From a virus (taxonomy: Duplodnaviria; Caudoviricetes): 64,000 nt of DNA. The notes beneath the pieces were generated by a model. It was not told the DNA's origin. It saw nothing but the letters and a program-made list of their open reading frames with translations, and did no database searches. The translations under genes and the position numbers were made by a program. Location: IMG/VR virus record IMGVR_UViG_3300036886_000214, positions 445 through 64,444 of that record. The stretch is one strand, 5' to 3'. Every line of letters starts with the position of its first letter. Within the stretch, counting starts at the first letter, position 1. Below are positions 16,247 through 26,425 of the stretch, piece by piece.

Positions 16247-17131
16247 ATGTTAAACGAAGAGCAAAAAAAGCTAAGGCGTTCGGGTCTTGGCGGTTCAGAT
16301 ATCTCCACTCTCTTAGGGTTAAACCCTTATTCAAACCGGTTACAACTTTATCTCGAAAAGGTTGAAGGCTTAGAAATTGATTTGTCTGACAACGAAGCAA
16401 TCGTTTGGGGAAATCTTTTAGAAGAGGCCATTGCTAATCGATATTCTGAAGTAACTGGTAAAGAGGTTTATAGTTCTAAAACAATCATTCATCCAAAATA
16501 CCATTATTTTCTAGCAAACCCAGATGGGTTAATCCGAAATGAAAAGCGCGGTCTAGAAATTAAAAACGTTGGTATTAGAAACTCCCATCTATGGGGTGAA
16601 TCAGGCTCTCAAACAATCCCTGAATATTATTACACCCAAGTTATGCATTACCTTTTTGTGATGGATTATGACTATTGGGATGTCGCTGTTTTAATTGGCG
16701 GCCAAGAATTAAGGATTTATACATTTGAAAGAGATAGGGAATTCGATCGGATAATCATCGATGCTGGAACCCAATTCTGGAAAGAACACGTTGAGCCCAA
16801 AGTTCCACCCGATGCGGATTGGAATGCACCAAACTCTAAATCTATACTGAAGAATCTGTACGGAAAAACAGACGGAGAGGAAATTGATTTAGGTGATGAA
16901 TTAGTTAAATGGCGCGATGTCTGGTTAGAAGCAAAAGAAATTTTAAAAAAATATCATCAGGTGAGTGATGGGGCACAATCACATATATTAGCCAGCATGA
17001 GGAATTCTACGCTGGGAAAATTTTCAGACGGCTCTTCTTTCGTAAGAAAAGTCGTGAAGGTAAAGGAATACACAGTAGCGGCGTCTGAATATATCAACTT
17101 TAGTTTTAAGAAAGGAAGCACCAATGAATGA
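16247..17131 (+). CDS. YqaJ-like viral recombinase exonuclease (lambda Exo family)
   Basis: RRSGLGGSD, WGNLLE, ANPDG, LEIKN, YYTQVMHY. Confidence 0.93.
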   Translation: MLNEEQKKLRRSGLGGSDISTLLGLNPYSNRLQLYLEKVEGLEIDLSDNEAIVWGNLLEEAIANRYSEVTGKEVYSSKTIIHPKYHYFLANPDGLIRNEKRGLEIKNVGIRNSHLWGESGSQTIPEYYYTQVMHYLFVMDYDYWDVAVLIGGQELRIYTFERDREFDRIIIDAGTQFWKEHVEPKVPPDADWNAPNSKSILKNLYGKTDGEEIDLGDELVKWRDVWLEAKEILKKYHQVSDGAQSHILASMRNSTLGKFSDGSSFVRKVVKVKEYTVAASEYINFSFKKGSTNE

Positions 17132-18026
17132 AATGATTTCCATGGAACGGAAAGAATTGCATGGCTTTATGGATTTTAGCAATCTAGAAAGAGCCATGCA
17201 ATGCGCTAATATTTTGGCAGAATCAGATTTGGTTCCTGTAAAATATAAAAAGAAAGCCAATGATATTTTGGTTGCTATTCAAATGGGTAAGGAGCTGGGC
17301 CTTCAACCATTGCAATCTCTTAGAGAAATTAATGTGGTTAATGGAAAGCCATCCCTAGAAGCCGAGGCAATGTTAGCCCTCGTTAAATGCTCGCCTCAAT
17401 ATGAATATTGCCATGAGGCATTCAATCAAGAAACTGAAACAGCCTCGTGTACAATTAAAAGAAAAAACGAACCAGAATATATAGTTCTATTTTCTATGGC
17501 AGATGCTAAGAAAGCGGGACTGGCAAATAAGGCTGGCACATGGCAAACGCATCCCAAAAGAATGCTTATGCATCGAGCGCGTTCGTTTGCATTAAGAGAT
17601 AAATTTCCGGATGTTATTCGTGGGTTATGCCTCCCAGAAGAAGCAAAAGAATCACCGCCAGAAAGGGACATAACGCCACAGTTTATTGCACAAGGATATG
17701 GTCATCCCATTAGCTTGGGCACGGGTGATGTTATTAAGGGAAAGTTAACACAATCAAGAATGCATACAGCTAATTCGGATATAAATGTCCTTATACTTCC
17801 AGGCAATGAACTTCCCACCGAAGATTGCCCCTCTCAAAATATTGAAACCAATGAATCTGTAAGCTCAGACACCCTCGAAGAACTAGAATTGCTTACAACG
17901 AACCTGCAAGTAACTGACGAAGAGAAGGGCAAATGGCTTACAAAAGCAAAAGTCTCTGACTTAAGCCAATTGTCAGAAACCCAGGCAAACTTATTAATAG
18001 AAATGTTACTAAAAAGGATGGCTTAA
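17124..18026 (+). CDS. RecT/Redbeta-like ssDNA annealing protein
   Basis: AIQMGKELGLQPLQSL..INVVNGKPS; WQTHPKRML..RA; follows YqaJ. Confidence 0.85.
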   Translation: MNEMISMERKELHGFMDFSNLERAMQCANILAESDLVPVKYKKKANDILVAIQMGKELGLQPLQSLREINVVNGKPSLEAEAMLALVKCSPQYEYCHEAFNQETETASCTIKRKNEPEYIVLFSMADAKKAGLANKAGTWQTHPKRMLMHRARSFALRDKFPDVIRGLCLPEEAKESPPERDITPQFIAQGYGHPISLGTGDVIKGKLTQSRMHTANSDINVLILPGNELPTEDCPSQNIETNESVSSDTLEELELLTTNLQVTDEEKGKWLTKAKVSDLSQLSETQANLLIEMLLKRMA

Positions 18027-18027
18027 T

Positions 18028-18495
18028 ATGTTAGTAATGGATTACATTCCCGAAGATGAGCTAGAAGTAAAGGTAACCCTTTTAAAACCAGGGCAAGCCG
18101 AATTTATTATCAAAGGCTTTCAGGACAAAGACCAACATCAATCTCCCATGGTCAATAAAAAGGGTGAGAAAATGGTTAAGCTAGAGCTGATAGTGACTGA
18201 TTCTCAGCAACAAAAAAGCATGGTTTACGATTATATAACTCAGTCCACTCAATGGAAACTCAAATCCCTCTCTGAGTCTATTGGGTGGCCGGAGTTATAT
18301 TCTAAAGACAGTTCTGGAAAAATATCTTTTGACCCAAGCAAAGTCATCGGGATGAATGGAGATTGCACTATCAAATTAAGCGCCAGTCCTGGATATAAAG
18401 ATAAAACCGTTATTGATAAATATTTGAAGGCATCAAGCCCGAGAATGAATAGACATCTTTTTCCAGATGATGGAAGTGATGACTTACCATTCTAA
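18028..18495 (+). CDS. putative ssDNA-binding protein (DUF669-like)
   Basis: Acidic DDLPF C-terminus; recombination operon. Confidence 0.65.
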   Translation: MLVMDYIPEDELEVKVTLLKPGQAEFIIKGFQDKDQHQSPMVNKKGEKMVKLELIVTDSQQQKSMVYDYITQSTQWKLKSLSESIGWPELYSKDSSGKISFDPSKVIGMNGDCTIKLSASPGYKDKTVIDKYLKASSPRMNRHLFPDDGSDDLPF

Positions 18496-18899
18496 AGAAT
18501 GCGATGAACGGTTTCTCTTAAATACTCTCTGATATAATCAAAGGCTTCATGCCAGGTGTAAAAAGCCTGGCAGTCATATCCAGAATCCCGCATCTCGTCA
18601 AAGAAAATTACTTGATTTTCGGTAAGAACATTTCGCCCACACTTAAACTCAATCCAAGCACCAGCAAAAACGCGATTAGGTATAGCAACAAACACATCAC
18701 TGACTCCACTTAACACTCCTTGTCTTTTTAGCGCTACGGCTTGTGAAATAGTTCTTTTTCCACCATTAGGTATATGAAAGCATCTTTTTCTAATCGTAGG
18801 ATAACATGAAATGGCCTTAAAAAAAGCTTCTTGAATATCAGCTTCGCTTTCTTTGCGAATGCGTTTTTTGGCTGACTTTCTCGTGCGAAATTTGTGCAT
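18492..18899 (-). CDS. VRR-NUC domain nuclease / Holliday junction resolvase
   Basis: SEADIQ, FHIPNGG, GVLSGVSD, IEFK, Q. Confidence 0.88.
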   Translation of the reverse strand: MHKFRTRKSAKKRIRKESEADIQEAFFKAISCYPTIRKRCFHIPNGGKRTISQAVALKRQGVLSGVSDVFVAIPNRVFAGAWIEFKCGRNVLTENQVIFFDEMRDSGYDCQAFYTWHEAFDYIREYLRETVHRIL

Positions 18900-18905
18900 G
18901 TTAAA

Positions 18906-20558
18906 TTAAAGGCTAAATATAGCTACACAGACAATCGCATCTTGTCCACCACCCCCTGGGGCATTAGCGGATATGGTTGTTTCGGTAGTTGCTGGATTAG
19001 CATGAGAAACAATAACAAGACCTTGGGCTGTTCCTAAAACAACATAAGTAGCATTTGGCAATGGGTTTGTAAATAAAACTCTACTAACTCCTAAACCAAC
19101 ACGCACAACACTTCCTACATTATATTGACTTAAAATGACAGGATCACCAACTCCTCCGGTTGCATCATATCGTACCCAAGCTTTCGCAAGTCCTAAACCA
19201 GAAAATGAAAGATTTCCAGCCCCATCACTAATCATTGCTTGATTGGCTGCCGTAGCATCAGCTAAAGGCAATGTCCAGGTTGTATTTCCAGCTAATGCAC
19301 CCGCCTTTAACGCTACAAATTGTGTATTTCCAATATTATAAAATTTAGCCAAGTTTGCATTTTGAATGCCAAAGTTTTTTACTGATTGCGTTTCTCCGGT
19401 ACCGTTAGGCTCAAAAAGAATTTGCCCATCAACATTTAAAGAACGAATTGTATTGGCAGGTACAGTTCCAGCTCCAATTTCAAGATTCTGAACGGTAATT
19501 GAAACAGCTCCGGTAATTGCATTTAAATCACTTATAATAACGCCTGAATTTTGAATTGCACCACCCACCCCATTAAATCTTGCAATAGCCTTATCTGTAC
19601 TGGGGCCGACAAAACTAACAACGTTGGCCCATCCAAGTTGTAATGCGCCATCTGTTTGTAAAACTTGACCCGCTGCACCATCCGCAATAGGTAGATTCCA
19701 AATGGTCCCTGTTACGCCCGCAGGAGATGTAAATCCAGCAAAGTTCGTATCTAATGGATTATAAAATCGTAAAACTTTTCCAGTCAATATATCAATATTA
19801 GAATTTGATTGAACTTCACCAGCACCATTGGGAGTAAAAATAATATTACCACCAGGGTTAGTAGTTGAAATAGTATTAGCTGCAATATGAATATTACCGA
19901 TTGAAGCAGTATTAATGTTGACCAAATTTGGAGATAAAGCGATTACCGTATTGCCAGCAACACCGTCAGGATTGGTAACCAGTATGTTAATGCCCTGAAC
20001 AATATTCCTTGTAGTCCATGCACCAGCCCCAGTTTTAACGAGATATCCCGGTGCTGCAACCGCAACAATTGCAGCCAAGTCAGCACCCAAATTAAACGTA
20101 AATGTTCCAACATTGACTATCGGCCCTCCTACTACAGTAATATCAGGAGAAAGAGAAATTGCATTTACTGAAGTCACTGCTGCAACCCCACCAGCAAATG
20201 GGACAGTTCTCCAGATGCCAAATACGAAGGTGTTATTTGTTAAATATAAATACCAACTTGTTCCGGGATTAACGACGACTAAAACACCGCCAGTAAAATC
20301 AAGTACGGTAAATGCATTCGCTCCAATATTAGTAAAGAGCACATCTTGACCTGGAGAAACTTGTGTGGCATCAGGCAAGCTAACCGTTAGTCCTCCAACA
20401 GTCGCATTCACATCAATAATGCGTGCCATCACATTCGGGGAATCCTGAAAGGCTGTTGGCCAATTAAGAATAAGGTTTGCAAAAATGGTGTATTCTGCAT
20501 ATGATACTTCAGATGGTTGAACGGTTGAACCACCAAATATGTCTGTATATGAGGACAT
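18906..20558 (-). CDS. tail fibre-like structural protein
   Basis: LPIADGAAGQVLQTDG repeats; AKAWVRY..SQYNV C-terminal module. Confidence 0.7.
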   Translation of the reverse strand: MSSYTDIFGGSTVQPSEVSYAEYTIFANLILNWPTAFQDSPNVMARIIDVNATVGGLTVSLPDATQVSPGQDVLFTNIGANAFTVLDFTGGVLVVVNPGTSWYLYLTNNTFVFGIWRTVPFAGGVAAVTSVNAISLSPDITVVGGPIVNVGTFTFNLGADLAAIVAVAAPGYLVKTGAGAWTTRNIVQGINILVTNPDGVAGNTVIALSPNLVNINTASIGNIHIAANTISTTNPGGNIIFTPNGAGEVQSNSNIDILTGKVLRFYNPLDTNFAGFTSPAGVTGTIWNLPIADGAAGQVLQTDGALQLGWANVVSFVGPSTDKAIARFNGVGGAIQNSGVIISDLNAITGAVSITVQNLEIGAGTVPANTIRSLNVDGQILFEPNGTGETQSVKNFGIQNANLAKFYNIGNTQFVALKAGALAGNTTWTLPLADATAANQAMISDGAGNLSFSGLGLAKAWVRYDATGGVGDPVILSQYNVGSVVRVGLGVSRVLFTNPLPNATYVVLGTAQGLVIVSHANPATTETTISANAPGGGGQDAIVCVAIFSL

Positions 20559-22765
20559 TATTCTTTCTCCTTGGCCCTTTTGGCCTCTTGTTGTGCCGTA
20601 AATTTGATGGCATGTTGTTCCTTAACGCCCATTTTTATAAGTTTGTCTAAAATGGTTGAAGCTTGCTTTTCATTACCTTTTTGTCTTGCAAGAGCATATC
20701 TGCGCATTTCAGAAATGAAAGCAGGATTAGAGGCAAGCTTCGATGATAGATTAATGGTTGCCGCATGAGCGCCGGTGCCTAGAGCCGCAGCCCCAGGATT
20801 AGAAAATGTTAATAGCCCCAGAGCACCCAATGCAATTTTCTCAAGCTTTCCAATATCAGCGGATGCAATGGCAGTTCCGCTAGTATTCAATAAATCTCTA
20901 CCAGATTTCGAAAAGCTTTCTGAAATGGTTGCAATATCTTTAAGCTTTCCTACTTGTTCTTTTCCGAGCAGTTCAGTTAAGACCTCTAATTGCTTCTCGT
21001 TCTTGGTGGAAAAAATCTTGGCAAATTGACCGTGCTTTAAATCACCAGTTTCTAATGTCCCCTGAATTGCCGAACCTAAAATTTCCCGAGCCTTTGCAGC
21101 CTTTAAATCATTAAATAATTGTTTTCCGTTTGGGGTTTCAGACGCAATTCTTCCAATTTCCTGAATGCCTCGAACGGAATCCATTTGGGAAAAAGCTTCT
21201 CTTGGAGCTTGTCCATTAAGAAGGCTGTTTGCCATATCGCTTTTATAGATACCAACATCAATATCTTTCATGAATTTATTAGCACCACGCCATTTTTCAA
21301 TAAATTCTTTGTTTCCAACACTTTCAATATCTTTATCTATGGCTTTAACTAATCCTTTAAGCCAGCCCTTAGCGCCAGTAACATTAGGGTCATGATTATA
21401 ATCTTTCATTAAATTTGAGCGTAGTTTAATTAATCGGCTAACATGCTCGGGTGCTCTAAATCTAGATGCTTCTATTGACTGTCTGTTTAAATTAGAGGAT
21501 CCGGGTCCAAGAGCGGCAAGCGTTCTTTCAATATCGGCTCTGGTTGCTAAATCCATTCCTTCAGCAGCCGTATCTATAATACCCATCACATTTCTACCGG
21601 AAGTAGATAAATAGGGAGTATCGCCCAATTCTTTTGCGATATGATCCATTGCATTAGCAGTATGAGACGGAAAAACACTATCGCCCGGTCTTAATAATTG
21701 TTCTGCCTCAGTGTAAAGATTATTAGTTTGAACAGAAGCAGCTTGTCTTTCGCCCTTCAAATAATCCGCAAAATTATCCGATGCAGCTTTAGGGGTAACG
21801 CCAACCGAACCAAGCGATTCAACGCTCTGACGAACCTTGTTCATCATTTGCTCATTCGCTTCTTCGCCAATCTTCTTATAGGCTTGGCTAGTGAAAATGG
21901 ATTTGTAAACATTGTTATGCAAAAAGTTGGCAACCGGATTGTTCATGCCTACATTGAATGGCAAATCAATCCCATATTTCTTTGCCGCTTCAAAAACCTT
22001 TGCGTCAGGTTTTGACAATGCAGATAAGGGTTTTGCAGCAGCCTTTATTCCCTGCTCTTTAATAGAATTCCAAAGATTCCCCTTAAGCTTTTGCTCAACA
22101 GCCGCTTTTCCGGCTTTTAAAGTAGAGCCTGCAACCTTCGGTCCCAATAATGCTTTCCCAAAATCTTCAGCGGTTCTAGCTAAACCACCCTGTTCTGTAA
22201 CTGAAGGAGTCAGGTTAATAGTGCCAGAAGCAGCGGTAGCCATTCCAGCTTCTTTAGCAGCAAATTTTCCAAGGGCCTTAGCGCCGCCTTCAACCGCTTT
22301 TCCAGCACCAAGATAGGGAGGGGCGACAAATTGACCGGCACCATGTAAAAATTTTCCCGCAGTATCATATTCCCCTGGTTTTAATTCTTTTCCAGCAAGC
22401 TGATTGACAGCAGCAGGAAGCCTCTCGGATTCTGTAAATTTTGGTTCAATTTTTGTGCGTGTCTCAGGGTTTACTTTTAAATAATTCCCCTGTTGACCCG
22501 CTTTGTACATGGCTTGTCCTGCCATGTCTAAAAAGTTACCCGTTCCTTCGGCTAGGCCGTGCACGGCTTGTAGACCTCTTTCACCAAGGCTGAATTCTTT
22601 TTCTTCACCAGGCCCAATAAATTTCTTACCCATTTCCGATTGTTCTTCAATAGAAACAGGCTTTTTTTGTCTAAGTGCAGCACGAATTTCATCCACATCG
22701 CTTTTAGGGCTTGGTTGAGTGCGAGAGGCCCTTAATGCTGCCCGAATTTCGTCGACATCATTCAT
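20558..22765 (-). CDS. internal virion / DNA ejection protein
   Basis: 735-aa Ala/Gly/Lys-rich helical protein after nozzle genes. Confidence 0.6.
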   Translation of the reverse strand: MNDVDEIRAALRASRTQPSPKSDVDEIRAALRQKKPVSIEEQSEMGKKFIGPGEEKEFSLGERGLQAVHGLAEGTGNFLDMAGQAMYKAGQQGNYLKVNPETRTKIEPKFTESERLPAAVNQLAGKELKPGEYDTAGKFLHGAGQFVAPPYLGAGKAVEGGAKALGKFAAKEAGMATAASGTINLTPSVTEQGGLARTAEDFGKALLGPKVAGSTLKAGKAAVEQKLKGNLWNSIKEQGIKAAAKPLSALSKPDAKVFEAAKKYGIDLPFNVGMNNPVANFLHNNVYKSIFTSQAYKKIGEEANEQMMNKVRQSVESLGSVGVTPKAASDNFADYLKGERQAASVQTNNLYTEAEQLLRPGDSVFPSHTANAMDHIAKELGDTPYLSTSGRNVMGIIDTAAEGMDLATRADIERTLAALGPGSSNLNRQSIEASRFRAPEHVSRLIKLRSNLMKDYNHDPNVTGAKGWLKGLVKAIDKDIESVGNKEFIEKWRGANKFMKDIDVGIYKSDMANSLLNGQAPREAFSQMDSVRGIQEIGRIASETPNGKQLFNDLKAAKAREILGSAIQGTLETGDLKHGQFAKIFSTKNEKQLEVLTELLGKEQVGKLKDIATISESFSKSGRDLLNTSGTAIASADIGKLEKIALGALGLLTFSNPGAAALGTGAHAATINLSSKLASNPAFISEMRRYALARQKGNEKQASTILDKLIKMGVKEQHAIKFTAQQEAKRAKEKE

Positions 22766-23964
22766 TAGAGAAGACCCTCAAGCCTCATGGCCTCAATAAT
22801 GGCGTCATACGGTTTGTTAGCAAGTGCAGGGTGTTCTTGTTTGAATTGTTCAACCTTTGTTTGAATTTCGCCCTGACCGGATTCGGCAGCAGGAGTTTCT
22901 GGCGCGGGTGTTTCTCCCTCTAAGTCAGTAAAAACTGCATAACGATATTTTTTTGCGTCGGCATGTTTTTTGGCAACCTTCAAGCCCCTATCATATTCTT
23001 TGTCTAGCACATCCATCAGATAGTTAGCGGCTTCGGGTGTACTCCCAAGACTAGGCATCGTATTGTTTATCATTTGCCTAAACATATCGGTGGTGCGACC
23101 CTTATAGGCTTTGGTCTCATTTTTAGCCAAGATAGATAATTCTTTATTTATTTCTTGTAATGCTGTTACGTCTTTTTTGTTTGCCTTTCCAAGCATATTG
23201 AGAAAAACCGTTGGTTTTTTATCAAATTCAGCCTGTGTCACCCTTGCTAAACTTGAATAAAGGTTAGGGTTATCTTTAAAAATCTTTCTTAAACGTCCAA
23301 CTGCGTCCTTGTTGTCTCTCAGCGGGGTGGCAGTAGAAGCTTTTTCATTATTCTCATCGATATAAGTTTTTCTTAAATAATCATCCTTAATTTCGCTTAA
23401 AGGGATAGCATCCTCAGGTAGCTTTACGTTAGGAGGAGGCGGTGGAACTTTGCTTGTTGAATTTTCAGTAGCCTTAGCATCAATCTGAGCTTCCTTAAGC
23501 CGAAGCATTTCTTTTTGATAGGGGCTCATTTCCCCTTTACCTTGCGCTTTTATGCGAGCCAAATCGAAAGCATCTTGACGCTTTTGATTATGGGCATTAA
23601 GTTGTTGAGCTCTAGCTTGCTCTTCCTGATAAGCCTGTGCAGCAGGCATAAAGGATTCATTAATCGCACCCAATTGATTATGCGCTTTGCTCTTGGACAT
23701 GTTAGAAAAGAACTGCATAATTGCTAAGCCTTCAGCTCTACGCTTTTGAGCGTCGTTCATCTCAACAGATTCCATAGCAGCGCGACTACCCAATTGTAAA
23801 GGGCTGGCAGCTTGTTCTGGCGCTTCTTGAGCTTCTGGTTCAGCGGCTTGCGTTTGATGAGCCATAGAAGGCATTTGGGGCATATAGCTGCCCATTCCAG
23901 GCAATCCACCTTGTTGACCTTGTGGTTGTAATCCTCCCAACCATTGCATTTTTAATGGACCCAT
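22765..23964 (-). CDS. internal virion / DNA ejection protein
   Basis: Gln/Ala-rich helical protein in ejection cluster. Confidence 0.55.
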   Translation of the reverse strand: MGPLKMQWLGGLQPQGQQGGLPGMGSYMPQMPSMAHQTQAAEPEAQEAPEQAASPLQLGSRAAMESVEMNDAQKRRAEGLAIMQFFSNMSKSKAHNQLGAINESFMPAAQAYQEEQARAQQLNAHNQKRQDAFDLARIKAQGKGEMSPYQKEMLRLKEAQIDAKATENSTSKVPPPPPNVKLPEDAIPLSEIKDDYLRKTYIDENNEKASTATPLRDNKDAVGRLRKIFKDNPNLYSSLARVTQAEFDKKPTVFLNMLGKANKKDVTALQEINKELSILAKNETKAYKGRTTDMFRQMINNTMPSLGSTPEAANYLMDVLDKEYDRGLKVAKKHADAKKYRYAVFTDLEGETPAPETPAAESGQGEIQTKVEQFKQEHPALANKPYDAIIEAMRLEGLL

Positions 23965-23965
23965 C

Positions 23966-24946
23966 CTAATGTCCTCGTTTTAAACTGAACTTACCGCCTA
24001 CTTTTGGATGTCGAATCATGCTTGTTTGCATCATTGACATTGCGCCTAAACCTTTAGCTTTAGGTTTCTTAACGCTTGGCTTCTTAATTAAACCCCCTTG
24101 TTTATGGCCTCCATATGCTCGATTAGCGCCATATAAATTACCAGCGAGCGAGCTTAATTGACTAACCACATTGGGTTGTGGTTGTCCTGATTCTCGATTA
24201 AATCCAAAACCAGATTGAGCGGGTTGGTATCCATGTATCATCCCAGCATGAGTATTCAGAGCTTCTCTGGGATGATTAACTTGACGCATGAAATCTTCAT
24301 AACCGACATCCGCTTGTCTTTGATTAAATCCGCGCTGTCTTTCACCTTGTTGTTCTAAAGCAGAAATATCGGCTATGTTTCCGGCTTGTCTAGCGGTCCC
24401 GAGTTGAGACATATGGCGACCCGCTTGTAACGCTCTTTCTTGGTCAGAAGCATGTAATTGCCCTGCTTGTTGATATCCAGAAGCAAGAGCCGCTTGTTGG
24501 CGTCCCAAGATATCATCCTGTAATTGTCGGGTAGCTTGGGTTAGTAATCGATGATGCTGAGTAGAGCCATGCTGTCCAAGACCCGCAAATTGGCCCGATA
24601 AAGCTGGAATAATGCGTTCATTTAATGTACGCGCACCTTCTTGCCCCATTCGGTTCACTACTTGTTGCTGGTAAGGATTCATATATCGATTTACATTTTC
24701 AGGAAACCCTTGAGCCGCTTGATTAGTAAATCTTTCAGCACCTTGTAAATAAGGCATATTAAGGCCGGTATTTCTTCCCAATTCATGGGCGCGATTCAAA
24801 TCAGGATTAAAGGGTGCAATGCGAGAGCGATTGTAAGCTTGATAAGGCTCATTCATTAATGATTCGGAACGTGCGCCTGCTCTTTGCCACAGATGACGAA
24901 ACCAGGGTTCATTTTCTAAAAATTGCGAACCAAATTGATAGGGCAT
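23966..24946 (-). CDS. DNA transfer/pilot protein
   Basis: YMNPYQQQV motif, Gln-rich, typical of podoviral ejection proteins. Confidence 0.65.
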   Translation of the reverse strand: MPYQFGSQFLENEPWFRHLWQRAGARSESLMNEPYQAYNRSRIAPFNPDLNRAHELGRNTGLNMPYLQGAERFTNQAAQGFPENVNRYMNPYQQQVVNRMGQEGARTLNERIIPALSGQFAGLGQHGSTQHHRLLTQATRQLQDDILGRQQAALASGYQQAGQLHASDQERALQAGRHMSQLGTARQAGNIADISALEQQGERQRGFNQRQADVGYEDFMRQVNHPREALNTHAGMIHGYQPAQSGFGFNRESGQPQPNVVSQLSSLAGNLYGANRAYGGHKQGGLIKKPSVKKPKAKGLGAMSMMQTSMIRHPKVGGKFSLKRGH

Positions 24947-26181
24947 TATCTGGCTCCTCTTTGTTTCATATAATGTGATAATGATTTAGCTTTAGGAGGC
25001 AAGCCTTTGGGCTTAGAGCGTTGTTGACGGCGCACTTGATCGATTAAACCATAAAGCTTTTTAGCGCCTGCTTTATTGTTGCCATCACCCAAACCGGCAG
25101 TTACATCAGCAGGCATAACAAATTCGCCATCCGAAAGCATGGCGGGGATCTTGTCCGCTTGACCATCGGAATGGCCATCTAAATAACCGCCCTGTGCCAT
25201 ATAAACGGACTGAGGATTTACATCTTGAAAATGGTATTGTTCCTGGCCCAAATTACTTGGTGCAAAAATATCTTCATCGAAATTTCTTCTAACGCGATTA
25301 AGGGGAGAAGCAGAAATTTCTTTTTCATTATGGGCGCGAATACCTGGCATATTGGCATTAGCTGCCATCATTTCGGCATTTTGCCCAATCACATCATGCA
25401 TTGGTGGTTCTTTGGGTATTTTTTGTTTTCCGGCTAGCGTACCTAACACAGCAGTTCCAAGAAGGGCATTGCTTAGCATTCCACCGCCCAATAATCCACC
25501 CAGTCCAGCACCACCACCGAGGCTACCCAACAATCCCTTGCCTCCTGCTCCAGCAGCGCCTTTGCCAACGCCTTGTAATGCAGAAAACGCCCCGGCTCTT
25601 CCAGATGCAGCTTGGGCCGCAGCCCCAGAAGCTCCAAGACCCAATGCTTGCGCACCATAACCACCTGCGCCACCAATTGCGCCGCCTAATAGACCTCCCT
25701 TCAAAGGGTTTTTATTCGATAAAGCGCCTCCCAATGCGCCAGCAGCAGCAGCCCCGGCGGGCCCCGCAACCATAAATCCAGCAACAGCAGGAAGAACATT
25801 TAATAAAACTTTAGCAATTTTATTTTTTCTTAGCCCTCTAAAAGCCCTGCTAAACCAACCAAATTGTGGCAATCCCGTTTTAGGATTAATGTCACCACCA
25901 AAATGTTGTTGTAAAAACCGTGCTTCTTCGGGATTAATATGCGCTAAGATTTTATCGTCGCCTTCGCCATGGCCTTGTAATTGATGTGCCATTTGACTTA
26001 AGCCAACGCTGCCACCAGAAGCATATTGTGGCTTATTCATTTCATAGCTGGGCGACTGACCCATGCTTGGTTGCATATAAGAAGATAGGCCCTGCATTGG
26101 CATGGGAACATCTTGTTGCATTCCGTTTGCAAATGATTGCTGATTAGACCCATATAATGGGTATTGTTGCGATGAAAACAT
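24946..26181 (-). CDS. ejection protein with Gly-rich membrane-active segment
   Basis: DKILAHINPEE..INPKTGLPQF; DKIPAMLSDGEFVMPA; GxxxG hydrophobic stretch. Confidence 0.65.
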   Translation of the reverse strand: MFSSQQYPLYGSNQQSFANGMQQDVPMPMQGLSSYMQPSMGQSPSYEMNKPQYASGGSVGLSQMAHQLQGHGEGDDKILAHINPEEARFLQQHFGGDINPKTGLPQFGWFSRAFRGLRKNKIAKVLLNVLPAVAGFMVAGPAGAAAAGALGGALSNKNPLKGGLLGGAIGGAGGYGAQALGLGASGAAAQAASGRAGAFSALQGVGKGAAGAGGKGLLGSLGGGAGLGGLLGGGMLSNALLGTAVLGTLAGKQKIPKEPPMHDVIGQNAEMMAANANMPGIRAHNEKEISASPLNRVRRNFDEDIFAPSNLGQEQYHFQDVNPQSVYMAQGGYLDGHSDGQADKIPAMLSDGEFVMPADVTAGLGDGNNKAGAKKLYGLIDQVRRQQRSKPKGLPPKAKSLSHYMKQRGAR

Positions 26182-26194
26182 GGCTCAAATCCTT

Positions 26195-26425
26195 TTAAGC
26201 GTTGTTAGCCATAGTATAGTAGACGTCAATTGCCCATGCATTCCAGTCATCGTAAAAGTTAGGGTTGGGCGCAGAAGCCTGTGCAAATGAGTTTTCTTGA
26301 ACCAAAAAACTGCCCCATTCTTGCCAGTCATCATCATGGAAAATAATGGGAATATCATCATCAGGAAAATCAATAATAAGTGATGCGGCCCATTCCAATA
26401 GGTTCGTATGTAAAGGCTGCATCAT
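26195..26425 (-). CDS. small conserved tail-associated protein
   Basis: WQEWG..PNP.FYDDWNAWA; coupled to nozzle gene. Confidence 0.55.
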   Translation of the reverse strand: MMQPLHTNLLEWAASLIIDFPDDDIPIIFHDDDWQEWGSFLVQENSFAQASAPNPNFYDDWNAWAIDVYYTMANNA